Source: Thermoproteota archaeon | GTDB taxonomy: Archaea > Thermoproteota > EX4484-205 > JAAOZP01 | Length of the DNA stretch: 64,000 nt | NCBI GenBank assembly: GCA_038848185.1 | Contig: JAWCNV010000007.1 | Span: 9,378 to 73,377, forward strand | Direction of reading: 5' to 3' | In this document: positions 37,411-46,948 of the stretch, in pieces | Numbering within the stretch: the stretch's first letter is position 1 | How the letters are laid out: each line of letters starts with the position of its first letter | The notes under the pieces: generated by a model | What the model was told of the DNA's origin: nothing | The model's database searches: none | What the model saw: only the letters and a program-made list of their open reading frames with translations | Program-made: the position numbers and the translations under genes

Positions 37411-38835
37411 ATGACCCTCCCCTACGAATCCCGCCTCGGATACCGGTTACCAAGGTTTGAGATAAGTGGGGGAGCTAGCACGGCTTCAGAGCAAGACATA
37501 GCTTATTCTGAAGGAGTTTTCAGAAGTTTTCTAGAGCTTGAACATAGTAAATTGCTAATACCCCCTTTCTGCATCCTAAACGTTTTCGGCGGGGTTACAA
37601 CACTAGAAGCACAGAAATCTGCAGGAATACCCCTAGGGGCAATGGTTCAAGTGGTGCCGGTTGATGATGTTACAGTAACGCTTAGCGGTAAGCCTTCAGA
37701 TCTTTTAACCGTCTACTCTTGCGAGGTTCATGAAACGACCCACATGTACCAGATGAGCCATCTAGAGGTTATGAATAAGTATGTTACCACTGAAGTATTA
37801 ATCTACACTTTTAACTCTCTACTTAAGGCTGCAGCAGGACAAACAGCAGGCTCCTTGGAGTTGAGCGAAGGCAAGACGGCCCGAGGCTTGTCATTCGGCA
37901 GCATAGAGTTCAGAAAGCTGGCTACGGATATAAAGGAGGTATTCCCATACTTGCCTCTTAGAATTGACAGGGATAAGCTAGTTCTTTTAGAATCCTATCC
38001 TCTTTTGGTTCAAATGAGGTCTATGGAATTCCCTGAAGTCGATGTTCTTAAAAGCTCTGTGGAAGACCGTCTTAGGAGCAATATTAACACTAGTGTGATT
38101 AAAATACTAGGAGAAGACCCTAGTAAATCGCTTTATTCAGAAGCGATGGGGCTTGTATATAGTCTTCACGAGATGTTACCCAAGTCATACGTAACTCTAT
38201 TAGTTTACTCAAATTACTTGACTGGACTGGGGGCTCAGGGTCTTCTTGAGATGGCGCAGAAACTTGTCCATGATGAAAACAAGGTGAGAATCCTAGTAGG
38301 GGTTGAGAATGAGGTTGAGAGTGGTGGAGACCCTTTGACTTTAGCATTCGACCACGATGTTTTCAACTACGAGGATTTTGTAAAGCATAAAGAAAATCTT
38401 TTAGGAACAATTGGTGATGCTTTAAAAATATGCAACAGCGGTAAACCGTTTAACAGGCTCAACTATATTAAGAAAAAGATCGAAGGCATTAAAACACCAT
38501 CGGAACTCCGTTATCTGGCAGCAGGCTTTTCCCAAAACGTTTTCAGTCAGCGTTTGGCTGTTAATCAGCCTCCAACATACTATCTTCATGCTAACGGTGT
38601 TTCATACGATAAGGAGGAGGTAATGCTATTTAACTCTTTCTTTGCAGACTTGGCGATTACAGTTAATATCCTTAAAAATTTAATCGATGCATTAGAGAAA
38701 GGGCATGATGTGAGAAACACTATAAAAGGCTCTATACGCTGTCCACTTAAAAGGGCGCCGCAGATGAGATGTGCCTCAAGCTTTGAGTGTGAGCATGAGA
38801 AAAACTGGCTTGATACTATTTCGGGATCAGGGTAA
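37411..38835 (+). CDS. Orphan hypothetical protein with HExxHxxxxxH (metzincin-spaced) motif and C-terminal Cys cluster
   Basis: 474 aa, no family I recognise. CEVHETTHMYQMSH at about aa 103-116. C-terminal CPLKRAPQMRCASSFECEHEKNW. Bounded by a 228-bp upstream gap and a convergent uspA. Confidence 0.5.
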   Translation: MTLPYESRLGYRLPRFEISGGASTASEQDIAYSEGVFRSFLELEHSKLLIPPFCILNVFGGVTTLEAQKSAGIPLGAMVQVVPVDDVTVTLSGKPSDLLTVYSCEVHETTHMYQMSHLEVMNKYVTTEVLIYTFNSLLKAAAGQTAGSLELSEGKTARGLSFGSIEFRKLATDIKEVFPYLPLRIDRDKLVLLESYPLLVQMRSMEFPEVDVLKSSVEDRLRSNINTSVIKILGEDPSKSLYSEAMGLVYSLHEMLPKSYVTLLVYSNYLTGLGAQGLLEMAQKLVHDENKVRILVGVENEVESGGDPLTLAFDHDVFNYEDFVKHKENLLGTIGDALKICNSGKPFNRLNYIKKKIEGIKTPSELRYLAAGFSQNVFSQRLAVNQPPTYYLHANGVSYDKEEVMLFNSFFADLAITVNILKNLIDALEKGHDVRNTIKGSIRCPLKRAPQMRCASSFECEHEKNWLDTISGSG

Positions 38836-38929
38836 ACTTTTATTCTATTATGTATAATAGGTCTCTAGTAAAGATTAGTAGCATCATAAAGGCTTATGAC
38901 TATTGTTCAGAATCCAGGATGACATGGTT

Positions 38930-39388
38930 TTACCTAATTACGAGTACAGATCCTTTAAAATGGTTTATAACTCTGCTTGCAACGCTTCCGAGAATACGCC
39001 CTGATCTTCCAAATCCCTCTCCCCCAATAACTATAAGATCGTAGCCTCCTTTCTCCGCTTCTTCAACAATGATTGACGCGGGATCACCCATCCTGTTTAG
39101 CAGCTTTACTTTAACACCCATTTCTTCAGCAATTATTCTCGCTCTCTCCAGTATCTCATCCTTCTCCCTAATCATGCTCATCCTAGTAGAATCCGGGAGA
39201 ACTATTAGTTTGGAGGAATGTTCCACACTTGGCTCCACCATGGTTTTCGAAGGTGCTTCGGAAACATGTAGTACTGCTACCTCAATCTCCGGAGTCTGGA
39301 GCTTTAGCCTTAAAACGGTTTCAACAGCCTTCTCAGAGGTTGGAGAACCATCGGTTGCCACTAGAATCCTCCTGAACATCACCCCCAT
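38930..39388 (-). CDS. Universal stress protein (UspA family)
   Basis: ILVATDGSPTSEKA near the N-terminus, and C-terminal ATP-binding motif GYDLIVIGGEGFGRSGRILGSVASRV. Confidence 0.85.
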   Translation of the reverse strand: MGVMFRRILVATDGSPTSEKAVETVLRLKLQTPEIEVAVLHVSEAPSKTMVEPSVEHSSKLIVLPDSTRMSMIREKDEILERARIIAEEMGVKVKLLNRMGDPASIIVEEAEKGGYDLIVIGGEGFGRSGRILGSVASRVINHFKGSVLVIR

Positions 39389-39433
39389 TTAAAAGACCTC
39401 TGCTAATAAATCTTTAAAGCTAAAATGCCAAGC

Positions 39434-40222
39434 TCAGGGGTTGAGAGTCACGCTGTAATAAGTTATGTTCCCGTTCTGGGCGGGGTTCCAAACAATTAGG
39501 CAGTTCAACCCAGTATCAACAGCCTTAAGGAACCCGGACCATTCACCGTCTTTCAACAAATAGTTCTCAATTTTCCCTTCCTCGTGGTAAACAGTCGCGA
39601 CAATAGGCTTGTCAGCAGGCTCCCACTTTATAACTATCTTTATGTTTTCGCCAGAAGGAAGGTAAAAACCACCGTAGAGTTGGCCGGTTAAGGGCTCAAG
39701 GGATCCTGACAAGGTTTCGTTCGCCTTAGGCTCGTGAGGTGTTTCAATTGTTTCTAAAACTGTTTTAAAACTTGAATCAGCATACGATAAATCTTCGAAA
39801 TGAAATCTTAAATCGACCGCGTAAGTCTTTTGCGAAAAATGTCCTCCTTTAACCTCAGTATAGTTTATGCGGAGAACATTATAGACATGGAAATCCCATG
39901 ACCTAATATATACGGTTTTATTGTATGCTTCAATTACTCGGGGAAGCTTCAATGGGAATACCTTTATGACAGCCTCTTTTGGCGAGACTGTGTTGCTTGG
40001 AGTTGAAATACTATAGGAGGCAATTATATTGCCATAAGGATTTTCTATAATGACGTAATCCGATGTCAACTCTACTATAAAGTCAGTAGACCCTAAATCT
40101 CCCGGAATAATTCTGAACTCAGATGCTTTAAGTAGCATTAGGGCCATAGAAATCATTATCAGCATTGAGAAGGATATTACTAGCACCAAGTTTCCGTTGA
40201 ACATCTTTATTGTTCTTTCCAT
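39434..40222 (-). CDS. Secreted/membrane-anchored hypothetical protein
   Basis: N-terminal TM/signal (LVLVISFSMLIMISMALMLL), then a beta-rich 230-aa ectodomain. No recognisable family. Confidence 0.45.
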   Translation of the reverse strand: MERTIKMFNGNLVLVISFSMLIMISMALMLLKASEFRIIPGDLGSTDFIVELTSDYVIIENPYGNIIASYSISTPSNTVSPKEAVIKVFPLKLPRVIEAYNKTVYIRSWDFHVYNVLRINYTEVKGGHFSQKTYAVDLRFHFEDLSYADSSFKTVLETIETPHEPKANETLSGSLEPLTGQLYGGFYLPSGENIKIVIKWEPADKPIVATVYHEEGKIENYLLKDGEWSGFLKAVDTGLNCLIVWNPAQNGNITYYSVTLNP

Positions 40223-40281
40223 TTATCGGGGAGTATTAAACGATAAATTCATTATTAAACATTTTTTACGAAACAATTTGC

Positions 40282-40636
40282 AATTATTCTGAAACGTGGC
40301 GGCGTTAGACAAAATGTCGCGGAGGGAAAGAGCATTTGTTTTTTTTTTAAAAAGGCGTGGTTTAATGAAAATCAAGATTTAAAGAAGGCTTTTCGGTTTC
40401 CGTCGGTTCTAAGACTAGTTGGTAGAGCCTCCAGTATTTTAAAATCACAACCATCTGAACTATGGATTCGCATTTTCTGTATGCATGGGACAGCAAGCCT
40501 TATGCGGCTCAGCATCTTTCTACAACTATAATCAGCTATCTCGAGCCCCAGAAAAATAATTAGGGTCAACCAGCCTATGTTAATAACTGATTAAGTCCCT
40601 AGCGGTAAAAATATTTTTCAAAATTATTCTGAAACG
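40282..40636. repeat. Perfect 16-bp direct repeat AATTATTCTGAAACGT (40282-40297 and 40621-40636) in a 580-bp divergent intergenic region
   Basis: Two identical copies 339 bp apart. Related ATTCTGAAA core also at 51866-51874 in another divergent intergenic region. Confidence 0.6.
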
Positions 40637-40802
40637 TTTTTTAAAAAATCTATGTTAAAAACACGTCTCTTTTGAACCGGAAATATACAGGGAAAACAAT
40701 ACGGCTTTAATCGAAGCTAAACCGTTCTTAAAAAGAATGGTGTGGGAAAAAGTCTTAGAGCGACATATAACGTAATAGTTATAAGCCCTTGGCGAGAATT
40801 CA

Positions 40803-41288
40803 TTGGAACCCCCAATGAGGCTTAACTTGGCTTGGGCTACCCTAGCCATTGTCTCAGGCCTGCTCCTACTAGTTAGAATATTGACTCCCAGCGTGTATCA
40901 TATCATTATAGAGGGGGGAGATAACCCAAGGGTCTACCCGATTCCAAACGTTTACACATTCAGCGATATTATAGTGGTCTGTCTTCTCTCAATAACCTTC
41001 GGCTATGCAGTGTTTAAGGCGATAATCATCGAGGAGAAGCCCCCGTTCCTGAAGCAGTTTAGAATTTCAGAGTTGATAAGACTTCTTAAACCAGACGAGC
41101 TTAAAGTCTACGAGATAATAAAGAATAATAGCGGAATCTTCCAATCAGAGCTTCCTGAGAAAACAGGCTTCTCAACAACTAAGGTGAGTCAGATTCTAGG
41201 CTTCCTTGAAGTCTATGGGCTGGTTGAAAAAAAGAAGAAGGGAAGGGAGAACTTCTTAAGAGCGGTTGAGGAAGAGCCTAAGCCCTGA
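40803..41288 (+). CDS. Membrane-anchored winged-helix (MarR/TrmB-like) transcriptional regulator
   Basis: Two N-terminal TM helices, then C-terminal HTH (LKVYEIIKNNSGIFQSELPEKTGFSTTKVSQILGFLEVYGLV). Confidence 0.55.
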   Translation: MEPPMRLNLAWATLAIVSGLLLLVRILTPSVYHIIIEGGDNPRVYPIPNVYTFSDIIVVCLLSITFGYAVFKAIIIEEKPPFLKQFRISELIRLLKPDELKVYEIIKNNSGIFQSELPEKTGFSTTKVSQILGFLEVYGLVEKKKKGRENFLRAVEEEPKP

Positions 41289-41362
41289 TACTGTTTAATC
41301 CCATTATATTTCTGAAATCGGTTTATTAACGCTTATATTCGCCTATTATTATCCTCGGGTCG

Positions 41363-43306
41363 TTGAGAAAGATAAACTCATCATGCATATACTGCGGGGT
41401 TGGTTGCAGGCTAAACTATGTTTTGGAGAACGAGAAAATTGTTAGAATAGAACCTGTTAAGGAGGATGAGGTAAGTGAGGGTTTCCCCTGTCTTAGGGGC
41501 TTAACTATCCACGAAGTCATACATGAAAACAGGATTACAAAGCCATTGATAAGAGAAAAGAAGGATGAGGATTTTAGGGAAGCGTCTTGGGATGAAGCAT
41601 ACAGGTTTATCTTCGACCATTTGAAGGGGCTCGAGGGCAATGAGGTTTTGTTCATACCGTCGGGCAAAGCAAGTAATGAAAATGCTTACGTTATGCAGAA
41701 GTTCGCACGGGCTGTTTTAAAGAGTAATAATGTGGACGGGTGTTGCTCCAGGCTTTGCCACGCCAACACTATGAGTGCGTTAAGCGAGGTCTTTGGAATA
41801 AACGGCTCCCCAGGAAGGATTGAAGACATTTCTGACAGAGACCTTATTCTAATCATAGGTTCAAACCCTGCTTCAAATTATCCTGTTATTTTCAGCAGGG
41901 TTGTTAAAGCTAAATCAAAAGGCATGAGGCTGATAGATGTGAACTCTCCTCCGAATGAGACATCAAGGTTTTCAGATATTAATGTTCAGGTTAAGCCGGA
42001 TACGCAGCTCGTTTTTCTTAACGGTTTAATTAATGAGATTATTAGAAGAGGAGTTCCCGAAGATAGGAGAATGATACAGGGTTTTGAAATACTCGCCGAA
42101 ACAGTGGCGGAATATACTCCGGAAAGGGTCTCAGAAACATGTGAAATTGAAAAGAGGCTTTTTGAAAAGGTTGTTGACATCGTGTATTCTTCTAAAGCCT
42201 TTGGGATAATGCATGGGATGGGGCTTACCCAAAGCAGGAATGGTTTTCTAAACATAGTTTCCCTTCTAAACCTAATGATTCTGAAGGAGGGTAGGCTTCT
42301 CTCAGGGAGAGGAGAGATAAACGTGCAGGGCATGGGTGATGTTGGAGGTGTTCCATCCGGATTCCTACCGGCTTTTGTTTCTAAAGATGAGTTGGAGAAG
42401 GCTTGGGGATCAAAGCTTAGCGAGGAATCTGGTTTAAACATGATTCAAGCGCTCTACCTTAATCCTGTAAAAGCGGTTTTCGCATGCGACGTTAACATGG
42501 CGCTTTCACTTCCTGATCTTGAAGCTCTTCATGAAAAGCTGGGAGAAATGTTCGTAGTTCTTCTTCACCACCATTTTAACTATACTATGCGCTTTGCTAA
42601 CGTTGTCCTGCCTATAGCGATGCTTATCGAGGGAAACGGAACAATAACAAACTGGGAGAGACGTATACGTCTTGTCAGGAAGGCTGCAGATCCTCCTGCT
42701 GAAGCCAAGCAGGTGTGGCTTATTTTCAAAGAACTCGCCAGCTATTTCAACTGTGAACACCTCTTCAACTATAGTAGTGAGAAGGAGATTTTCAAAGAGA
42801 TTGTTAGGCTTATTCCCGCATACAGGAGTGTCGACCCAGAGAAGGTTTATGATGGTGGAGACGATTGGGGTGTTAAGAAACCTGCCTTTGTAAGGTATGT
42901 TCCGGTGCACTTTACAGGTGTCGACTATCCTGTTAGCAAGAAATACCCCTATATTCTGGTAGGTGTTAGAACACCTTTTCTCTTTCTGCATAATGAACTA
43001 ACAGACCTCTCAGAAATCCTGCGGAAGGTGAATAAGAAAGATATTGAAGCCTGCTACATGAATCCGGAGGATTTAAGGAGAGAAGGGTTCTCAGACGGTG
43101 AAACAATAATCCTATTCAGCTCATGCGGTAGGCTGAGGATCAGAGTTAAGTCTGATCCATCCATCCCGAGCAAGACGATTAAGATGTATATCCATTCGGA
43201 GAAAACTCCTGTAAACAAGCTTGTCCCATTAAACTATACTTTTAACACGTTTACTCCAAACTATAAGTCGGTGGCTGTTGGCGTAAGCAAAGATGTTTCA
43301 GACTAG
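41363..43306 (+). CDS. Molybdopterin oxidoreductase, FdhF-like formate dehydrogenase catalytic subunit (Cys-type)
   Basis: N-terminal 4Fe-4S motif CIYCGVGC...C. NNVDGCCSRLCHANTMSAL aligns with FdhF NNVDCCARVUHGPSVAGL (Cys in place of Sec, His conserved). C-terminal MGD-binding beta-barrel. No Tat signal. Confidence 0.7.
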   Translation: MRKINSSCIYCGVGCRLNYVLENEKIVRIEPVKEDEVSEGFPCLRGLTIHEVIHENRITKPLIREKKDEDFREASWDEAYRFIFDHLKGLEGNEVLFIPSGKASNENAYVMQKFARAVLKSNNVDGCCSRLCHANTMSALSEVFGINGSPGRIEDISDRDLILIIGSNPASNYPVIFSRVVKAKSKGMRLIDVNSPPNETSRFSDINVQVKPDTQLVFLNGLINEIIRRGVPEDRRMIQGFEILAETVAEYTPERVSETCEIEKRLFEKVVDIVYSSKAFGIMHGMGLTQSRNGFLNIVSLLNLMILKEGRLLSGRGEINVQGMGDVGGVPSGFLPAFVSKDELEKAWGSKLSEESGLNMIQALYLNPVKAVFACDVNMALSLPDLEALHEKLGEMFVVLLHHHFNYTMRFANVVLPIAMLIEGNGTITNWERRIRLVRKAADPPAEAKQVWLIFKELASYFNCEHLFNYSSEKEIFKEIVRLIPAYRSVDPEKVYDGGDDWGVKKPAFVRYVPVHFTGVDYPVSKKYPYILVGVRTPFLFLHNELTDLSEILRKVNKKDIEACYMNPEDLRREGFSDGETIILFSSCGRLRIRVKSDPSIPSKTIKMYIHSEKTPVNKLVPLNYTFNTFTPNYKSVAVGVSKDVSD

Positions 43307-43309
43307 TTT

Positions 43310-44182
43310 TTAATATTGGCCTAAGGCGCCTTCTCTTCTGGTTGAATCGTAAGACTTTTTGAAAAACCATAGTGAAAAAGGCAATACTACCACTATGAAG
43401 ACTATTAGCTTTACAACATTCTCAATTATCATGGGGCTACTGAGGCTTTCACCGTTCATCAGACACCTCCTCAACCCGTCTAGAGAATACGTGAGTGGAA
43501 ACACGTTGCCAACCCATTTAAGCCAATCGGGCAGTAACCCTAAGGGGTAGAGTACTCCCGAGAAAAGTTGAGTAAGCCAGGAGAAAGCCCAGACTATGGG
43601 GTCACCCTGCTTAAGCTTAAGTATCATAGCTGCTCCGAGAATCCCGATAACCATGTGGCTTATTACAAGCAGTATTGTTAAAACTAGTGTAGCCAGCATC
43701 GACTCAATGTTTAGAATAAACCTCATGCCTAGGAGAGTACCCATGCCGAGTGATGCAGCCAAGAAATAAGAGCCTATTATGAATCTGAACATGGATTCTC
43801 CCAGCAGGAAAACCCTGAAGCTTGTTGTCGAGGAGAGTATGGTCTCCATTGTTCCGTTCCACTGCTCCTCTCTTATAGCATCAGACAGGCTTGAAACAGA
43901 TGAGAAAACATAATGTTGGAAAGATATGCCTATGATTGAGAACGTTAGAAAGTCTGCGGCATAGCCTGATTCGACCAGTGCTTGTGGAGTCGTTATCATA
44001 GATACGAAGTAGTATGTTGCTACAAACGTTAGCGAGCTTATTACATCTAGCGTTATCCAAAGCTTATACGTCCACCAGATTTTAAAGTCCCTCACGATGA
44101 AGGCAAAGACCTTCTCAGTAACGCTAACCTTACTCGGCGGAACGCTTTCAGCCATGTATTTCACAATCTCCTCAACCTTCAA
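43310..44182 (-). CDS. ABC-2 type transporter permease
   Basis: 290 aa, 6 TM. Operon with the next two genes. Confidence 0.65.
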   Translation of the reverse strand: MKVEEIVKYMAESVPPSKVSVTEKVFAFIVRDFKIWWTYKLWITLDVISSLTFVATYYFVSMITTPQALVESGYAADFLTFSIIGISFQHYVFSSVSSLSDAIREEQWNGTMETILSSTTSFRVFLLGESMFRFIIGSYFLAASLGMGTLLGMRFILNIESMLATLVLTILLVISHMVIGILGAAMILKLKQGDPIVWAFSWLTQLFSGVLYPLGLLPDWLKWVGNVFPLTYSLDGLRRCLMNGESLSSPMIIENVVKLIVFIVVVLPFSLWFFKKSYDSTRREGALGQY

Positions 44183-44192
44183 GTTTAACCAC

Positions 44193-45080
44193 CTAGTAGG
44201 ATGATGTTGTACCCTCCCTCCTTATTCTCCTATAGCCCCAGCCCAAAACCTTCAAGCCTACTGGAATAAGAATCATGCTGAAGACGATTAGGATTACTAT
44301 GTCTGTTAAAACATTGATGTCGAATACTGAAGCTCCCATTATTAGGGTCCTCCTCATTCCATCTAAGGCATAAGTATAGGGGAAGATCATGGATAGGGCT
44401 TTTATTGCCGGGAATTTTTCAAGCATCTGCAAAGGATAAAGGACGCCGGCAAGAAACTCGTTAAGGGCTGCAAGTATGAATACAAGTGGGTCGCCCTTCT
44501 TGAAAACCATTATGATGCCTGCAGCTATAAGGCCTATAGCTTGGTTTGAAATAAGCATTAGGATGAATATAATTAGGAATGCAGATAATGACTGAGGGCT
44601 CAATGAAAGATTTGCTCCAAGCCCATATATCCCTACTAGAAAAACTCCTACCAAGTAAATGAGGCTGACCAAGTAGCCGCGTGCCGTAAGACCTATGAAG
44701 AACACAAGCATGTTAACGGGGGTTACTGCAATAGTTTCAAGAGTACCTCCTCTTATCTCATGCTGTATTGAATGACTTAGCCTCGTTATACATGCCCAAA
44801 GATAGTTTGAAGTAGCTATTCCAACTAGTGAAAAGGCGAGATAGCTGGTTCCCCAACCGCTCTGCGAAAGCTTAGCTGGATCAACCTGTAGGCCGACGAA
44901 GTAATACATGACTACAGATGCAAAAGTACTTAATAAGTCCATTATAAGCCAAGACTTGTAAGCTAGCATCATCTTCAGCTGAGCCCATACTACTGCCATA
45001 AGTTGCCTTAGGTTAGACTTGTAACGCGGCTCCTCGCCTTTAAAAATCTGGAGGATTTTAGAACTATTCATGTTCTTCAC
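44193..45080 (-). CDS. ABC-2 type transporter permease
   Basis: 295 aa, 6 TM. Paralogous to the previous permease. Confidence 0.65.
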   Translation of the reverse strand: MKNMNSSKILQIFKGEEPRYKSNLRQLMAVVWAQLKMMLAYKSWLIMDLLSTFASVVMYYFVGLQVDPAKLSQSGWGTSYLAFSLVGIATSNYLWACITRLSHSIQHEIRGGTLETIAVTPVNMLVFFIGLTARGYLVSLIYLVGVFLVGIYGLGANLSLSPQSLSAFLIIFILMLISNQAIGLIAAGIIMVFKKGDPLVFILAALNEFLAGVLYPLQMLEKFPAIKALSMIFPYTYALDGMRRTLIMGASVFDINVLTDIVILIVFSMILIPVGLKVLGWGYRRIRREGTTSSY

Positions 45081-46044
45081 CCGTCAGACTTAGAAAAACC
45101 TCCTCTAAACTTGGGAGAGCGATCTGAACTCCTATTATTTTCAACCCTTTAGAGGTGAAGGCCGGAGGAATCTCTGATAATGCCTGCTCCTCATCCGCGA
45201 CCTCCACCCGAATAACCGTGTGATCCTCCTCAGGCTGGACACTTATAACCCTCTTAACACCTCTCATTTTTCTCAACAGGTTTTCAGCATCTTCAGAGGA
45301 TCCGCGGAAACTTACTTCGACACCTCTATACTTTCGCGTTACTTCACTCAGCCGTAGAGGAGTGTCTAAAGCGATAACTCTACCCCTGTTCATAACAGCT
45401 ATCCTGTCGCACAGTCTTTCAGCCTCAACTATGTTATGCGTAGTGAAAATTATTGTCTTGTTAAGATCCCTGCAAAGAGATTGAAGTAGCTTGCGTGTTT
45501 CTATTGCTCCAGTAGCATCCAGCCCAACAGTAGGTTCATCCATGAGCAGGATAGGTGCATTTGAGAGTAGGGTTCTCGCAAGCATCACTCTCATCTTCAT
45601 ACCTGTTGAAAAATCCTTCACAAGCCTGTCAGCATCCTTGTTTAATTCGAAGAACTCGAGTAGAGCATCTATTCTCTTTCTAGAGGTGTCTGGTGGAATG
45701 TTCTGCAGGTAAGCGTAGAATCTCAAATTGTCTCTTGCCGAAAGCCTCCAGTATAAGGCTCTTCCACCAGTCTCACCGTGCAGCCAGCCTATGCACTCCC
45801 TAACTCTCTCAGCCTCTTTCACCACGTCGAAGCCAGCGATTCTTGCAGTACCCTCATCCGGAATTATCAGTGTACACAGTATTTTTATCAATGTTGTTTT
45901 GCCAGCACCATTCGGGCCTAGGAGGCCGAAGAACTCCCCTGTTCTAACCGATAGGTTCACGTGATCCACTGCAATAATATTCGCTTTCCCACTATCCTTC
46001 CTGAAGTACTTAGTCAGGTTTTCCGTCTCAACCGCGGGGTTCAA
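45064..46044 (-). CDS. ABC transporter ATP-binding protein (ABC-2/DrrA-like) with C-terminal accessory domain
   Basis: Walker A GPNGAGKTT, signature FSTGMKMRV, Walker B LLMDEP, H-loop TTHNI. 17-nt overlap with the downstream permease. Confidence 0.8.
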   Translation of the reverse strand: MNPAVETENLTKYFRKDSGKANIIAVDHVNLSVRTGEFFGLLGPNGAGKTTLIKILCTLIIPDEGTARIAGFDVVKEAERVRECIGWLHGETGGRALYWRLSARDNLRFYAYLQNIPPDTSRKRIDALLEFFELNKDADRLVKDFSTGMKMRVMLARTLLSNAPILLMDEPTVGLDATGAIETRKLLQSLCRDLNKTIIFTTHNIVEAERLCDRIAVMNRGRVIALDTPLRLSEVTRKYRGVEVSFRGSSEDAENLLRKMRGVKRVISVQPEEDHTVIRVEVADEEQALSEIPPAFTSKGLKIIGVQIALPSLEEVFLSLTGEEHE

Positions 46045-46193
46045 TGCAGATTATCCTCCGAAACCTTTTTTCACCAGACTTAAAGCACTGTTAAAAACTT
46101 GAAGTAGAAGTATTTTTAACGATTACCAAAACGTATTGTTGAACCCATAAGGATGGGAAAGCTTAATAACACCATTCTCCGCCAACGGCTCCA

Positions 46194-46943
46194 ATGTTCA
46201 TTAGTCTAGAGGTAACTCCTCCGAGAAAAGGTGTTGAAAAAGTGTTTAACACCGTTCTTAGGGCGAAGGACCTAGTTGATGCTATAAATGTTACCGATAC
46301 TCCTTTCGGTCAACCCCGAATACCGGGGTTTGTCTTCGCCATAATGATCAAGGAGAAACTGGGTGTTGAACCAATAGTACACTATAAGACGGTAAACATG
46401 AATTTGACTGGCTTGAAAAGCGGGCTTTATGCATGTGCCGCCGCAGGAGTCAGAAGATTCCTATTCATGAAAGGCGATAACCCTGCCGAGGGCTCGCTAA
46501 TATCGGATGTTTCTCCTGAAAACCTTTCAGAATGGGCTAGGAAGGAGCTTGGCGTTGAAGTAGGATTAGCGATGGGATGGCCTATCTCGGCTGAGAAAAT
46601 AGCTTTAAGGCTTTCAGCCAAGCCGGACTATGTTTTCACCCAAATCTTCCTGACTGTTAAGGATGCGGAGAGGTTCCATGAAATGTTTGATGAGGCTGTT
46701 GAAAAAACAGGATGGAGACCCCCGGTGTACTGTACGCATCTTGTTCGTTGCGAAGAAAACCTGGATACTCTTAAGGAGGTGGCTAGGCTGATGGGTTTTG
46801 AAGCACCCAGTTTTAAACTCGGCATCGATGCTAATGTGAGCTTTCTTAGGGAACTGGAAGGTTTTTTCAACGGCTTCATGATTTCTTCGCCGGGAGGCTA
46901 TGAGCACGCAATAAAGCTGGCAGAGGCACTAAGGAGGTCTTAA
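46194..46943 (+). CDS. Methylenetetrahydrofolate reductase (MetF)-like protein
   Basis: TIM-barrel MTHFR-like N-terminus (FISLEVTPPR). 249 aa. Precedes the metE pair. Confidence 0.55.
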   Translation: MFISLEVTPPRKGVEKVFNTVLRAKDLVDAINVTDTPFGQPRIPGFVFAIMIKEKLGVEPIVHYKTVNMNLTGLKSGLYACAAAGVRRFLFMKGDNPAEGSLISDVSPENLSEWARKELGVEVGLAMGWPISAEKIALRLSAKPDYVFTQIFLTVKDAERFHEMFDEAVEKTGWRPPVYCTHLVRCEENLDTLKEVARLMGFEAPSFKLGIDANVSFLRELEGFFNGFMISSPGGYEHAIKLAEALRRS

Positions 46944-46948
46944 GCATC

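Noticed and set aside
37411-38835. Assigning the HExxH protein outright as a metalloprotease
   Set aside because: HExxH occurs by chance fairly often. Without fold evidence, the peptidase call is left as a hypothesis in the findings rather than as an annotation.
40372-40569. 65-aa ORF inside the repeat-bounded spacer
   Set aside because: No start context, low-complexity and unrecognisable sequence, and it overlaps probable promoter DNA. Treated as non-coding.
40282-40636. Possible CRISPR array suggested by identical 16-bp repeats
   Set aside because: Only two copies, 339 bp apart, with no regular spacer periodicity and no cas genes. A 16-bp unit is also too short. Kept as a direct-repeat/operator candidate instead.
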